64,000 bases of DNA from an uncultured virus (IMG/VR IMGVR_UViG_3300020048_000016) (lineage: Duplodnaviria; Heunggongvirae; Uroviricota; Caudoviricetes), in IMG/VR virus record IMGVR_UViG_3300020048_000016. One strand, written 5' to 3'. The notes beneath the pieces were generated by a model. That model did no database searches and had not been told where the DNA came from. It saw nothing but the letters and a program-made list of their open reading frames with translations. Positions within the stretch are counted from its first letter, which is position 1, and the number at the start of each line of letters is the position of its first letter. A program made the translations under genes and the position numbers. Below are positions 41,543 through 51,105 of the stretch, piece by piece.

Positions 41543-41986
41543 ATGATATTAATATCACACAGAGGTAACATAGATGGTCGTCTAGAATCTTGGGAAAACG
41601 AACCAACTTATATTGATTTAGCAATATCAAAAGGATATGATGTTGAAGTTGATGTTTGGTTTAAAGACAATATTCTATGGCTTGGACATGATAAACCAGA
41701 CTATGGTATCGATTTTAATTGGTTTTTTGATCGAATAGATAATCTATGGATACATTGTAAGAACATTGATGCGGTTATTTATTTTAAAGAATCAGGTTAT
41801 GAATTTAATTATTTTTGGCACCAAGAAGATGATATAACATTCACAACAAAGGGCCATATATGGACCTATCCTGGTAAAAAATTAACAAAATATTCAATTG
41901 CAGTTATGCCAGAAATTAAACAATTTGATAATATTTCAATATCATATGGTATATGCTCAGATTATATAAAAAAATATAAAAAATGA
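41543..41986 (+). CDS. GDPD/PLC-like phosphodiesterase-fold protein
   Basis: ISHRGN...EN...VEVDVW...LGHD...WIHCKN...GICSD. Confidence 0.7.
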   Translation: MILISHRGNIDGRLESWENEPTYIDLAISKGYDVEVDVWFKDNILWLGHDKPDYGIDFNWFFDRIDNLWIHCKNIDAVIYFKESGYEFNYFWHQEDDITFTTKGHIWTYPGKKLTKYSIAVMPEIKQFDNISISYGICSDYIKKYKK

Positions 41987-42846
41987 AAATAGTAATTATA
42001 CAAGAAGCCGGTAGACATGAGAAAAATAAAAATTTCAGAGAATCTCTAAATCTACATAGATCACTATCTAAAATAGAAGGTATCGAATCTAAAGTTTGGG
42101 GTTTAAATTATCCAGATTTTGAAAAATCATTTTCCGATATAGAAGATTGGTGTGATGTTTTATTTATAATAGAGAATTATACATCTGAATGGTTACCCAT
42201 AAAAGAAATATCAGAAAGTAAAAAGCTTAAAATATTTTGGAGTATCGATAGCCATTGTATTTTACAACAACATCAAGAACTGTGTAAATTATTGAGAATA
42301 GATATATTATTAAACTCTACTGAATCTTATATACCTATGTTTGAGGGTTTAGTCAAAAAATCATATTGGTTTCCAAACTCATATCCTGATGATCTTATTT
42401 TCCCATCTAATGATTATAAAACAATTGATATAGGCTTTTGTGGTAATGTAATAAACAGAGGTAATCTAATTAATCACCTAGATAAATATAATATTAAAAA
42501 AGATATATTTGTAATAGGTGATGATATGGTAAAATCTATAAACTCATATAAAATTCATTTCAATTGTAATATATCAAATGATATAAACTATAGAACATTC
42601 GAGACAACTGGTTGCGGAACATTTTTATTAACAAATTATACACCTGGTCTCGAAAAACTATTTGATATTGGTAAAGAAATAGTAGTTTATGAAAGTATAG
42701 AAGATATGGATAATAAAGTTAAATATTATTTAGATAATCCAGAAGAAAGAAACAAGATTGCAAGAGCTGGTCACGAAAGAGCAAAAAAAGATCATACCTA
42801 CTTTGAAAGAGCAAAAAAATTAATCGATATAATAAATGAAAATTGA
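41983..42846 (+). CDS. GT-B glycosyltransferase (CgeB/Glyco_trans_1_2-like)
   Basis: N.R.FE..GCG.FLLT...HTY..R. Confidence 0.8.
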   Translation: MKIVIIQEAGRHEKNKNFRESLNLHRSLSKIEGIESKVWGLNYPDFEKSFSDIEDWCDVLFIIENYTSEWLPIKEISESKKLKIFWSIDSHCILQQHQELCKLLRIDILLNSTESYIPMFEGLVKKSYWFPNSYPDDLIFPSNDYKTIDIGFCGNVINRGNLINHLDKYNIKKDIFVIGDDMVKSINSYKIHFNCNISNDINYRTFETTGCGTFLLTNYTPGLEKLFDIGKEIVVYESIEDMDNKVKYYLDNPEERNKIARAGHERAKKDHTYFERAKKLIDIINEN

Positions 42847-43567
42847 ATTTATAATAATTACTTGTGAAAAGTATCACAATACCAGAGTTGAATCTATAAG
42901 AAATACTTGGGGAAAGAAACAAAATTTAACATTTCTTAGTGATATGAATATCGGAAATGATATAGTTGGATTTGAATATCTAACAAAAGGATATGAGAAC
43001 ATATGGCAAAAACACTTCGAATATATCAAAAATTTAAAAGAACTTAACTCTGATTGGTATTTTCTAACCGATGATGATACATTTGTAAATATAAGTAACA
43101 TAGAAAAACTATTGATCGATTATAACAATGATGATAAAATAGCATTAGGACATATTGGAAGATTGAATATTGATGGTACTGATATGGATGGCAATCAAAC
43201 AGGGTTTCCTTTATTATCTATAATAGGTGATGATTCAAATTTACCAATTGATTACTTTGGTGGTGGTGCTGGATTTATTCTATCAAAATCTTCTATGTCA
43301 TCATTGATAGAATATTTAAATACTAAAAGTTTTGAAAATATAATAAGGTCATATAATAGTGATGTTAGCATAGGTTTTTGGTTAAGAAACTCAGGTATAA
43401 AAATAAAAGATATATTTGGTTTCTGGTGGACTAATCCAGAAGATTTAAAACATGATGATAATCAAATTATAAGTTCTTATACATATCACTATGTAGATTA
43501 TGATAAAATGTCTAAATTATATGAAAAAACAACAAATGTTCTAAACGAAAAAAAATATATTATATGA
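42836..43567 (+). CDS. Fringe/GT31-like beta-1,3-glycosyltransferase
   Basis: TW...DWYFLTDDDTFV...GGGAGFILS...DVSIG.W...HY. Confidence 0.75.
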   Translation: MKIEFIIITCEKYHNTRVESIRNTWGKKQNLTFLSDMNIGNDIVGFEYLTKGYENIWQKHFEYIKNLKELNSDWYFLTDDDTFVNISNIEKLLIDYNNDDKIALGHIGRLNIDGTDMDGNQTGFPLLSIIGDDSNLPIDYFGGGAGFILSKSSMSSLIEYLNTKSFENIIRSYNSDVSIGFWLRNSGIKIKDIFGFWWTNPEDLKHDDNQIISSYTYHYVDYDKMSKLYEKTTNVLNEKKYII

Positions 43568-44664
43568 AATATGATTATTTGATAGTTGGTTCTGGATTAT
43601 TTGGTTCCGTATTTGCATATGAAATGAATAAGATCGGTAAAAAATGTCTTGTAATAGAAAAAAATAATCATATTGCAGGTAATTGCTATACAGAGAAAAA
43701 AGATGATATAAATATCCATAAGTACGGACCTCACATATTTCACACCAATGATAGTGAGATATGGAATTGGATAAATGAATTTACTGAATTTCATACATAT
43801 AAACATTCGCCAAGAGTAAATTTTAAAGATAAGATATATTCATTTCCTATAAACCTTTTAACTCTTCAACAGTTATGGGGAGTTAAAACACCAACAGAAG
43901 CAATTGAAAAACTAGATAGTGTTAAAATAAAAAATAATGATAATTCTAACTTAGAAGATTGGATTCTATCACAAGTTGGTTACGATATTTATGAAATATT
44001 TATAAAAGGATATACTAAAAAACAATGGAATAAAGATCCAAAATATTTACCTTCTTCTATAATAAAAAGATTACCTATAAGAACAAACTTTGATGATAAT
44101 TACTTTTTTGATAAGTATCAAGGTATTCCGGTTGGTGGATATACCAAAATATTTGAAAAGTTATTAGATAAAATAGATGTCGAATTAAATGTTAACTATT
44201 TTGATGATAGAGATAAATGGAATAATATTGCAGATAAAATAGTATTCACTGGTAAAATAGATGAATTTTTTGATTATAAATTTGGTGAGTTAGAATATAG
44301 ATCTCTTAAATTCGAAAACGAAAAAATTGAAATAGAAGATTATCAAGGTTGCTCTATTGTTAATTATACTGAATATGAAGTTCCTTATACTAGAATAACA
44401 GAACATAAGCATTTTGAAAATTCAAAATCAAAAGTAAGCTGGATCACAAAAGAATATCCAAAAGATTATAAAAGAGGTGATATACCATACTATCCAATAA
44501 ATGATGATAAAAACAATGATATTTATAATAAATATAAAGAATTATCAAAAGAATATTCAAATATAATATTCGGTGGTAGATTAGCCGAGTATAAATATTA
44601 CGATATGCACCAAATAATAGGATCAGCACTATCTAAAATTAAAAAAATAAATAATGAAGAATAA
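43564..44664 (+). CDS. glf: UDP-galactopyranose mutase
   Basis: IVGSGLFG, YGPHIFHT, YQGIP, LEYRSL, PYYP, GRLAEYKYYDM. Confidence 0.95.
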   Translation: MKYDYLIVGSGLFGSVFAYEMNKIGKKCLVIEKNNHIAGNCYTEKKDDINIHKYGPHIFHTNDSEIWNWINEFTEFHTYKHSPRVNFKDKIYSFPINLLTLQQLWGVKTPTEAIEKLDSVKIKNNDNSNLEDWILSQVGYDIYEIFIKGYTKKQWNKDPKYLPSSIIKRLPIRTNFDDNYFFDKYQGIPVGGYTKIFEKLLDKIDVELNVNYFDDRDKWNNIADKIVFTGKIDEFFDYKFGELEYRSLKFENEKIEIEDYQGCSIVNYTEYEVPYTRITEHKHFENSKSKVSWITKEYPKDYKRGDIPYYPINDDKNNDIYNKYKELSKEYSNIIFGGRLAEYKYYDMHQIIGSALSKIKKINNEE

Positions 44665-45340
44665 AGTTTATATAAATATAGCAGTTATGGGAAGCGTTAA
44701 TTACGTATTATCAAATCTTCTAACTCGTATAAAAGAAAGTGGTTTATATGATTCATCCGATGAGATAAACCTAATAGTGAATGGTGATTTAAGTTTAATA
44801 TCAATCGATTTAAATGATCCTAAATATAAAGTATATAATAAACATAAAGATACATCTAGACACGAGTTTCCAACACTTGATTTAATTTGGAAGCATAGTG
44901 AAAAGGAAGATTTTAATATACTTTATCTACATTCCAAAGGTGTAAGTAGGATGCATCCATTTATAGATGACTGGACAAACTATATGGCATATTTCAATAT
45001 AAATAAATGGCAAGATAGAATCAGTGAATTAGAAAACAATGATACAACCGGTGTTAATCACTTTGGTAATCCAAATGATATAAATGAACATCCAGCAACT
45101 TGGGGATATGGCAAAACACCTATGCATTATGGTGGTAATTTCTGGTGGTCCAAATCATCACATATTAGAAGATTACCTAATCCATATAGTTGGATTCCCA
45201 ATGAAGATTATGGAAGATGGAGAATGATGAATGAAATGTGGCTTTGTCAAATATCTGATGGTAAATATTATTCCGCTTGGAGTTCAGATGTAGATCACTA
45301 TCAAAGCCCATATCCAAAAGAATTGTATGAAAATGTATAA
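44654..45340 (+). CDS. Putative glycosyltransferase
   Basis: EFPTL...ILYLHSKG...HYGGNFWW...E.W. Confidence 0.55.
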   Translation: MKNKVYINIAVMGSVNYVLSNLLTRIKESGLYDSSDEINLIVNGDLSLISIDLNDPKYKVYNKHKDTSRHEFPTLDLIWKHSEKEDFNILYLHSKGVSRMHPFIDDWTNYMAYFNINKWQDRISELENNDTTGVNHFGNPNDINEHPATWGYGKTPMHYGGNFWWSKSSHIRRLPNPYSWIPNEDYGRWRMMNEMWLCQISDGKYYSAWSSDVDHYQSPYPKELYENV

Positions 45341-45560
45341 AAGTAAAACCGGAGCAGGTGGTGAAATTTACACTCCACCTCCCGGAACTATACAAGAAAG
45401 TTATGGAATAGATATAGAAAATGAATTATCTTCTTTGTTATCTGATGAAATAGCAAAGTCAATAGATGCTGAAATACTTAAAGGCCTATTTGAAAGATCA
45501 AAACCATTTAAAAGAAGAAGTTCAATTGATAAAATATATAAAAAAAAGAGGACCAATTAG
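45327..45560 (+). CDS. Small protein containing a major-capsid (gp23)-like helix and an RDxKI-like tail
   Basis: YGIDIENELSSLLSDEIAKSIDAEIL; KRRSSIDKIY. Confidence 0.55.
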   Translation: MKMYKSKTGAGGEIYTPPPGTIQESYGIDIENELSSLLSDEIAKSIDAEILKGLFERSKPFKRRSSIDKIYKKKRTN

Positions 45561-45574
45561 TGTCCTCTTTTTTT
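45541..45574. terminator. Bidirectional terminator
   Basis: AAAAAAAGAGGAC-CAATTAGT-GTCCTCTTTTTTT. Confidence 0.75.
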
Positions 45575-46204
45575 CCAATGCGAAACAAGAAAGTTGTCAT
45601 TGATATTAACATTATTAATAATCTGAGGAATTCCATTCGTTTCAAGAACCTTAGTCTTATCCAATAAGAATTCTATATCATAGAAGTTAAAATGAAAAGT
45701 CATAGTAAAATCTTTTGCTTGTACTTTTTGTTGAGAGTAATTAAATGTATTTTCTTGCAAACCCTTTACTATTATTTCGTAAAATCTTATAGTATAGATC
45801 GCGTCTCTGTGTATATCAACACAAGTTATAGTAAAAGGTTTGACGAAAGAGTTTTCTGTGTCTAAATAGTGCTTTGTGATCAAATCAAACATAAGCCAGT
45901 AATTTAAATCAGAATCCACAGATCTAAATGTAACTGTTAGATCATGTGTTGTCGCAATATCTTGAACATTTTTTGCAGGTTTGAATTGTCTTTCCTTACC
46001 TCTCATTAAAATTTGTTTATTATTCTCAAAAGATATACCCGGAAAATTAACCATTTTTATAGTCGAATTTAAATAATCAATTACATTCTCATACTGAACC
46101 CAATTCTTTTCTAGAATTGGTTGATATGTATTTATAGTTTCCGTTCTAAGGAAATCCGAAGGTAAATTGAATATAAACTGACTACTTTGACTACTTAATC
46201 TCAT
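45557..46204 (-). CDS. Tail-tube-fold protein (T4 gp3/gp19-like tail completion)
   Basis: VNFPGISF...DLTVTF.S.D...NY.LM...FTMTF.F.FYDI. Confidence 0.5.
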   Translation of the reverse strand: MRLSSQSSQFIFNLPSDFLRTETINTYQPILEKNWVQYENVIDYLNSTIKMVNFPGISFENNKQILMRGKERQFKPAKNVQDIATTHDLTVTFRSVDSDLNYWLMFDLITKHYLDTENSFVKPFTITCVDIHRDAIYTIRFYEIIVKGLQENTFNYSQQKVQAKDFTMTFHFNFYDIEFLLDKTKVLETNGIPQIINNVNINDNFLVSHWKKRGH

Positions 46205-46219
46205 ACTAATTAATTAATT

Positions 46220-48094
46220 TTAAGGTGTTTTTTTAATTGGTGTAGTTTGTGATGTAACCAATTTTTTAGTAACAACTGCAGTTGCCTTAGGTAAACTAGG
46301 ATCTGTATTAATACTTGGTTGTGCACCAGCAACTTGATTTAAGTTAGAAACATTACTAGTTGTATCAAATATTTGAAATAATCCAGTATAAACTAGTGTT
46401 GTTGTACTTTGATTTGTTGCTGTTATATAAAATAAATTAACACCAGAAGTGAATATCTTTTTAACTAACTGAAACTTACTTTGTGTTACTTTAAAAACAA
46501 CCTGACCCATTTTAAGATCATTATCAGGTGCTTCTACCATTAATGGAAAATCAACTGTTGATAAGTCATTCTTAAAAACTAATTTTATTTCACCTAAACC
46601 ACTCATATCTAAATAATTTGGAGTTGTATTATCTCCAGTTGCAATTATAAACTTAACTATGTTATCAAATGGATATAATTGAATTTGCATTTTACCATTA
46701 CCATAGAATAAATTTTTACTTATCAATTCGTTATCCGATTTACCAATAACATTAAATTTCTCAATCAATACTGGATATGGAACTTTAATAGTTTCAATTG
46801 TTGTTTGAGGTGCATTTGGATCAATTAACGAACCATTATTCTGTGTTGATCCTTTACTTGTTGCAATACCTACTTTAAAACCAGTTCCTGTTTTACCGGT
46901 AGGTAGTGTTGATTTACCCATAGAATTTGTTTTACCAAGAAGAGAAGCATCTATATTATTTTTAATATTATAAATCTTTGGTTTAATTGCATTTGCCAAA
47001 TTTATTTTCATTAGATTAGTGCTATACTTAGAAACCTCATCTTGAAGCATACCATAAGAAGCTCTTCTTAAAATATAAGAATCATCAACCGAATCGATCA
47101 ATCTCATCTCAACATCAATTATCGCGGTTGTTGTAGAATTTTTTATAATAGGTCTGTATTCTATGGTTTCATTGAAGTTATTTATAACCGACATTGTTGT
47201 AGTTTTACCTCTAACATTTTGCTCATACATAGTTATATCATATTGAACATAATATTTATGACCAATTCTAACAGAATCATTTATAAACTTATTAAATTCA
47301 GTTATATTACTATTATATGTACCAAATATTTCAAAGAAATCACCATTTGGTGAGTGTTGCACTGTTAAACCCAATCTTTCGAATTCAGGTGTTTGTGGTA
47401 CAGTAGTTGTTAATTTTTGTCCAAGTGTGAATGTTGTAACACTATTAACCGTTTGTATTCCACTAACAAAAAAGAAATCTATGAAAATTGGAGATGTAGA
47501 ACTCAATCCAACACCATCTGTTAAATTATAATTTAAACTATTAACCTTAGCAACACCATTTGCCAATTGAGCAGCAACTTCACTTACTGCAGGTATTTGT
47601 ATCGAAATTGCTTTACCCCAAAGTTTCTCTTGAAATAAAAGCGGTGGTGCTGTATAACTCATCAGATTTTGTTGAGTTATATTTGTCATATCGAAATAGA
47701 AATTCGATAGATCAAATGTATTTTGATTATTAGAATCGTGTGTATATACTCTTATGTAAAATCCTAAATGTTCACCAAATGTCCAATTAGTAGGAATATG
47801 AAAAGTTAAAGTATCGTGTCTTACTGGTGTACCAGAAGAGTAATCACTATATTGTAAATAAGAATAAAAATTAGTATCTACTTTACCGTATTTACTAGAT
47901 AATGAATCTAAATTAAATAATTGATTTATTTGAGTGTTACCTGTACCACTTGTATCGGTTGCTATATATGATTTTTTTTTAGTTCTAGAATCGACAAGAA
48001 CTTTATATTTCTCACCAATTAAATTACCATCATTATATACATATTCCAATAAAACATTCTTGTCTAGTTTTATATATTTAGAAATTTTAGCCAT
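46220..48094 (-). CDS. Large beta-rich probable virion structural protein
   Basis: 624 aa, S/T/N/G-rich, late-type promoter upstream, next to tail gene. Confidence 0.55.
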   Translation of the reverse strand: MAKISKYIKLDKNVLLEYVYNDGNLIGEKYKVLVDSRTKKKSYIATDTSGTGNTQINQLFNLDSLSSKYGKVDTNFYSYLQYSDYSSGTPVRHDTLTFHIPTNWTFGEHLGFYIRVYTHDSNNQNTFDLSNFYFDMTNITQQNLMSYTAPPLLFQEKLWGKAISIQIPAVSEVAAQLANGVAKVNSLNYNLTDGVGLSSTSPIFIDFFFVSGIQTVNSVTTFTLGQKLTTTVPQTPEFERLGLTVQHSPNGDFFEIFGTYNSNITEFNKFINDSVRIGHKYYVQYDITMYEQNVRGKTTTMSVINNFNETIEYRPIIKNSTTTAIIDVEMRLIDSVDDSYILRRASYGMLQDEVSKYSTNLMKINLANAIKPKIYNIKNNIDASLLGKTNSMGKSTLPTGKTGTGFKVGIATSKGSTQNNGSLIDPNAPQTTIETIKVPYPVLIEKFNVIGKSDNELISKNLFYGNGKMQIQLYPFDNIVKFIIATGDNTTPNYLDMSGLGEIKLVFKNDLSTVDFPLMVEAPDNDLKMGQVVFKVTQSKFQLVKKIFTSGVNLFYITATNQSTTTLVYTGLFQIFDTTSNVSNLNQVAGAQPSINTDPSLPKATAVVTKKLVTSQTTPIKKTP

Positions 48095-48124
48095 TTGACG
48101 AATATAATCTTTTGATTATATATA

Positions 48125-48163
48125 AAAAAAGAAAACCTCTCATTTACGAGAGGTTTTCTTTTT
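48125..48163 (-). terminator. Intrinsic terminator
   Basis: AAAGAAAACCTCTC-ATTTAC-GAGAGGTTTTCTTT. Confidence 0.75.
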
Positions 48164-48551
48164 CAAGTCTTTGTTTTACAGATTCTACAATTTGATCTTC
48201 TGTAAGGTTTGAGTGTTTTTCGCATATCAGTCTATAAAGTTCCTGTTCTTCAATAGCCAATTTCTCTATCTCTTTATTAAGAGGATTAATATATTTCTCA
48301 AGTGATTTACCTTCATCTTCTATTTCAGATATTATATTAATCATCTCTTTTAAAACTTCATTAGAATCTAATTTTTTATTTTTAGCCTTTTCTTTCATAG
48401 TCTCTTGAATATTTTCAATATTCTTTAAAGTTGATTCAAGTTTCTCAATAGTTTTTTTTGCTCTATCGTGGTATTTATTTATATCAGATGTAACATTAAT
48501 ATATTTCTTCTTAATATTTACCGCAGCAACTAAAAATTTTTCATCAATCAT
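48144..48551 (-). CDS. Coiled-coil hypothetical protein
   Basis: ORF with heptad-like pattern. Confidence 0.65.
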   Translation of the reverse strand: MIDEKFLVAAVNIKKKYINVTSDINKYHDRAKKTIEKLESTLKNIENIQETMKEKAKNKKLDSNEVLKEMINIISEIEDEGKSLEKYINPLNKEIEKLAIEEQELYRLICEKHSNLTEDQIVESVKQRLEKENLS

Positions 48552-49537
48552 GTTGTTCAGTTTCTTTTTTAGTTCTGCTTGTTTTCTTTTTGGTAGAAGT
48601 TATAGCATTTAAATCTTCTTTAAGTTCTGGTGAAACAACTTTCTTAACCGTAGGTTTCTTAGCAACAGGTTTCTTAGCAACAGGTTTTCTAACTGCAGGT
48701 TTTCTAGTTGACGGTTTTTTATTGTAAACCATTTCATTTATTTTCTCTTTTATCTTACCTCTAAGATAATCAGGATTGCTTAAAATACTTTGTGTTATAT
48801 CATTTGCTAAAAAATCTATAATACTTTTCTCATATGAGTCTTCCATCATTTCGATGAATTCTAATTTAGGTATTTTATTTTCTAAGTTTAGATCTAAACT
48901 AAATTCGACGCTTCTTTTTATTCCTTTGAACATTGTGTAAACCGGATCTTCAACTGGAACCGAATATTGTTTTTCATAAGCAATATTTTCTTTACCATTT
49001 ACAATAACACTTCCTGTAACCTCACCAGAATTATCTCTATTAACTTCTACTCTTTGAACTTCTTCTTGTTGTTGAATAGTTCTAGTTGGTACTGGTGGTA
49101 ATTCATCCATAGCTTCATCACCTAATATTCTAGTAAATGCTTCATTTTGTCTTGCTAAAGATTGTGTGTTATCAATAGTAGCACCATATTTTCTTGCAAG
49201 TTCTGCTTTCTCATCATCAACTGATGAGTAAATTACTGCAGAATTTTCCTCTACTGGTGGTACATAACTATCATCTGTTCTAACTATTGTTTTACCTTCT
49301 TGTGAATCATCAAAGGGAAGATTATCAGTAGGTAATGTTTTTATTTTTTCAAAAAGAGAATTGTAAGCACCTTGATTATTGAAAAAATTAGAAGGATTTA
49401 TTTCCTCTGTGTAAAAACTAGGATCTAAAAGTCTTCTAGTATCTATTTTAGTTTTATTTTCAAGAATTGCAATGTTTTCAAATGAATCAATGACTTTTAC
49501 TACTTCACCAGTTCTATTGTCNNNNNNNNNNATTCAT
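48544..49537 (-). CDS. Hypothetical protein with Lys/Pro/Ala-rich (KKPVA)n tail; longer than in the ORF track and spans the N gap
   Basis: Frame stays open from 49110 up to the gap at 49522 (DNRTGEVVKVIDSF...); ATG at 49537 on the far side; 15-bp tandem repeats at ~48650-48720. Confidence 0.65.
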
Positions 49538-49637
49538 ATAATATATTATTTTTTTATTATAGATGATATAATACCATTTGTTTATTTATATAAAATAAAA
49601 AAGTCCCTATTCAGGAACTTCATAATCTATAACACAT

Positions 49638-49668
49638 AAAAAAGGGTTTCAATTTATTGAAACCCTTT
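49638..49668 (-). terminator. Terminator after SSB gene
   Basis: AAAGGGTTTCAAT-TT-ATTGAAACCCTTT with A run. Confidence 0.75.
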
Positions 49669-49689
49669 AAGTTGTTGATAATCAGTTAT

Positions 49690-50658
49690 TTATAAGTCGC
49701 TAAAAAAATCATCTTCGTCTGTAGAAACCGAAGCAGCAGGTGCTGGGTTGTTAGAGAAGTTTTCTTCGAAACTAAAATCATCAGAAGATGGTTTAGATTC
49801 TGCTTTATTTGTAAAAGAAGATGCTGCTTTACCAGTTAAGTAATTAGTGATATCAGTAATTTTAACTTGTTGCTCTTCGCTCAATTTCTTTGGGGCGAAA
49901 TCTTCCAAATTGTGATCTCTTTCAGTTAAGAAATCTTTAATTTTTCCTTGAACACTTGCATCAATTTTTCCTTCTGAATTTAATGGGGCATTTTTGAAAA
50001 CACCTTTTTCTTTAAAGTAGATAGGTAATGATGTAGTTTCAGATTTGAACATACTCATTTTATAATCAGGGTAAGTCTCATCACCAGTTGATATTTCTTT
50101 AACAATCATAACGAAATCTTTACCAGCAGATAAATCAAATACGTTAGCAGGAACACCAGAGATTTCTCCGTTTTTTTCAGTCATGATTTTGTCTTTAATG
50201 GTTTTACCATATTGCATAATCATAATTTTACCAACTAATTCTGGTTGTTGTTCGTCTTCTAATACTAATACATAAGAGTAATATTTTTTAGAATACTTTA
50301 ATTGTTTTGATTTCTCCATCAAGATTGCATTTTTAGAGTTTTGCATTGTGTAATACAAATCAGTTAATGCACATTTTTCGTTGAAGTTTTTCGGAGAGTC
50401 AAACCATCCACTCAATTCTTTTGCAGATTTAATATCCACGTAATGTGTAATCTTTTCCACTGCTGACTGGCCCACTTTACCCTCTTTTGTTAAGTTAGGT
50501 AAAAATCTTACTACCGATCTCCAACCTTTCTTTTTGTCTTTGATAAGTTTTAAATCAACTCGGTAAATACCATCGTTGTTTGTTGTTGTTTTTTGTTCGC
50601 TTAGGAAGTCCATTTTGCCGTCTAAACCGCCATTGAACAAGTCATCTAATTCACTCAT
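49690..50658 (-). CDS. T4 gp32-like single-stranded DNA-binding protein
   Basis: VRFLP, YYSYVLV.ED...PE..GK....YGK.I.DKI, FD...G.DF, Y..S.F, acidic DEDDFFSDL tail. Confidence 0.85.
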   Translation of the reverse strand: MSELDDLFNGGLDGKMDFLSEQKTTTNNDGIYRVDLKLIKDKKKGWRSVVRFLPNLTKEGKVGQSAVEKITHYVDIKSAKELSGWFDSPKNFNEKCALTDLYYTMQNSKNAILMEKSKQLKYSKKYYSYVLVLEDEQQPELVGKIMIMQYGKTIKDKIMTEKNGEISGVPANVFDLSAGKDFVMIVKEISTGDETYPDYKMSMFKSETTSLPIYFKEKGVFKNAPLNSEGKIDASVQGKIKDFLTERDHNLEDFAPKKLSEEQQVKITDITNYLTGKAASSFTNKAESKPSSDDFSFEENFSNNPAPAASVSTDEDDFFSDL

Positions 50659-50770
50659 TGCTTTTTATTTTATTTTAATACTAAGCTTCGTTGCTCAGTT
50701 AATATTTATATTCTTTTTTAATATAAAAGTTGTTGTTTTTGTTAATTCTTTTAATTATTTTTATAGATTT

Positions 50771-51076
50771 TTAATTATAATAAGTAACATCATAATTATC
50801 GCTTACGTAGTTAGTATAATTCGATGTTACGTTTATATAATTATCTGATAAATACTCCTCAAAATTTATATTTTGATGAATACTATTCAATAAGTATTGT
50901 GTATATTCATTTTTTTTAGTACAATACCATTTGCTATTCATATAATTTGTAAAAGAATAGGATTTATCTACTTCCTCCGATAAAAAGATTTTTTTAATAG
51001 ATAGACTTCTTAGATATAATTTATATCCTCTTCTATAAATTCCTTCTACACCTATTAATAAATCTTTATTATTCAT
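50771..51076 (-). CDS. Hypothetical protein
   Basis: 101-aa ORF filling the intergenic space. Confidence 0.5.
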   Translation of the reverse strand: MNNKDLLIGVEGIYRRGYKLYLRSLSIKKIFLSEEVDKSYSFTNYMNSKWYCTKKNEYTQYLLNSIHQNINFEEYLSDNYINVTSNYTNYVSDNYDVTYYN

Positions 51077-51105
51077 AGATATTTTACTATAGAAGTTAGA
51101 AAAGT

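Noticed and set aside
29786..45340. Bacterial O-antigen/capsule locus or host contamination
   Set aside because: No wzx/wzy/wzm/wzt/wza or initiating transferase; same promoter motifs as the flanks, and contiguous with phage structural genes
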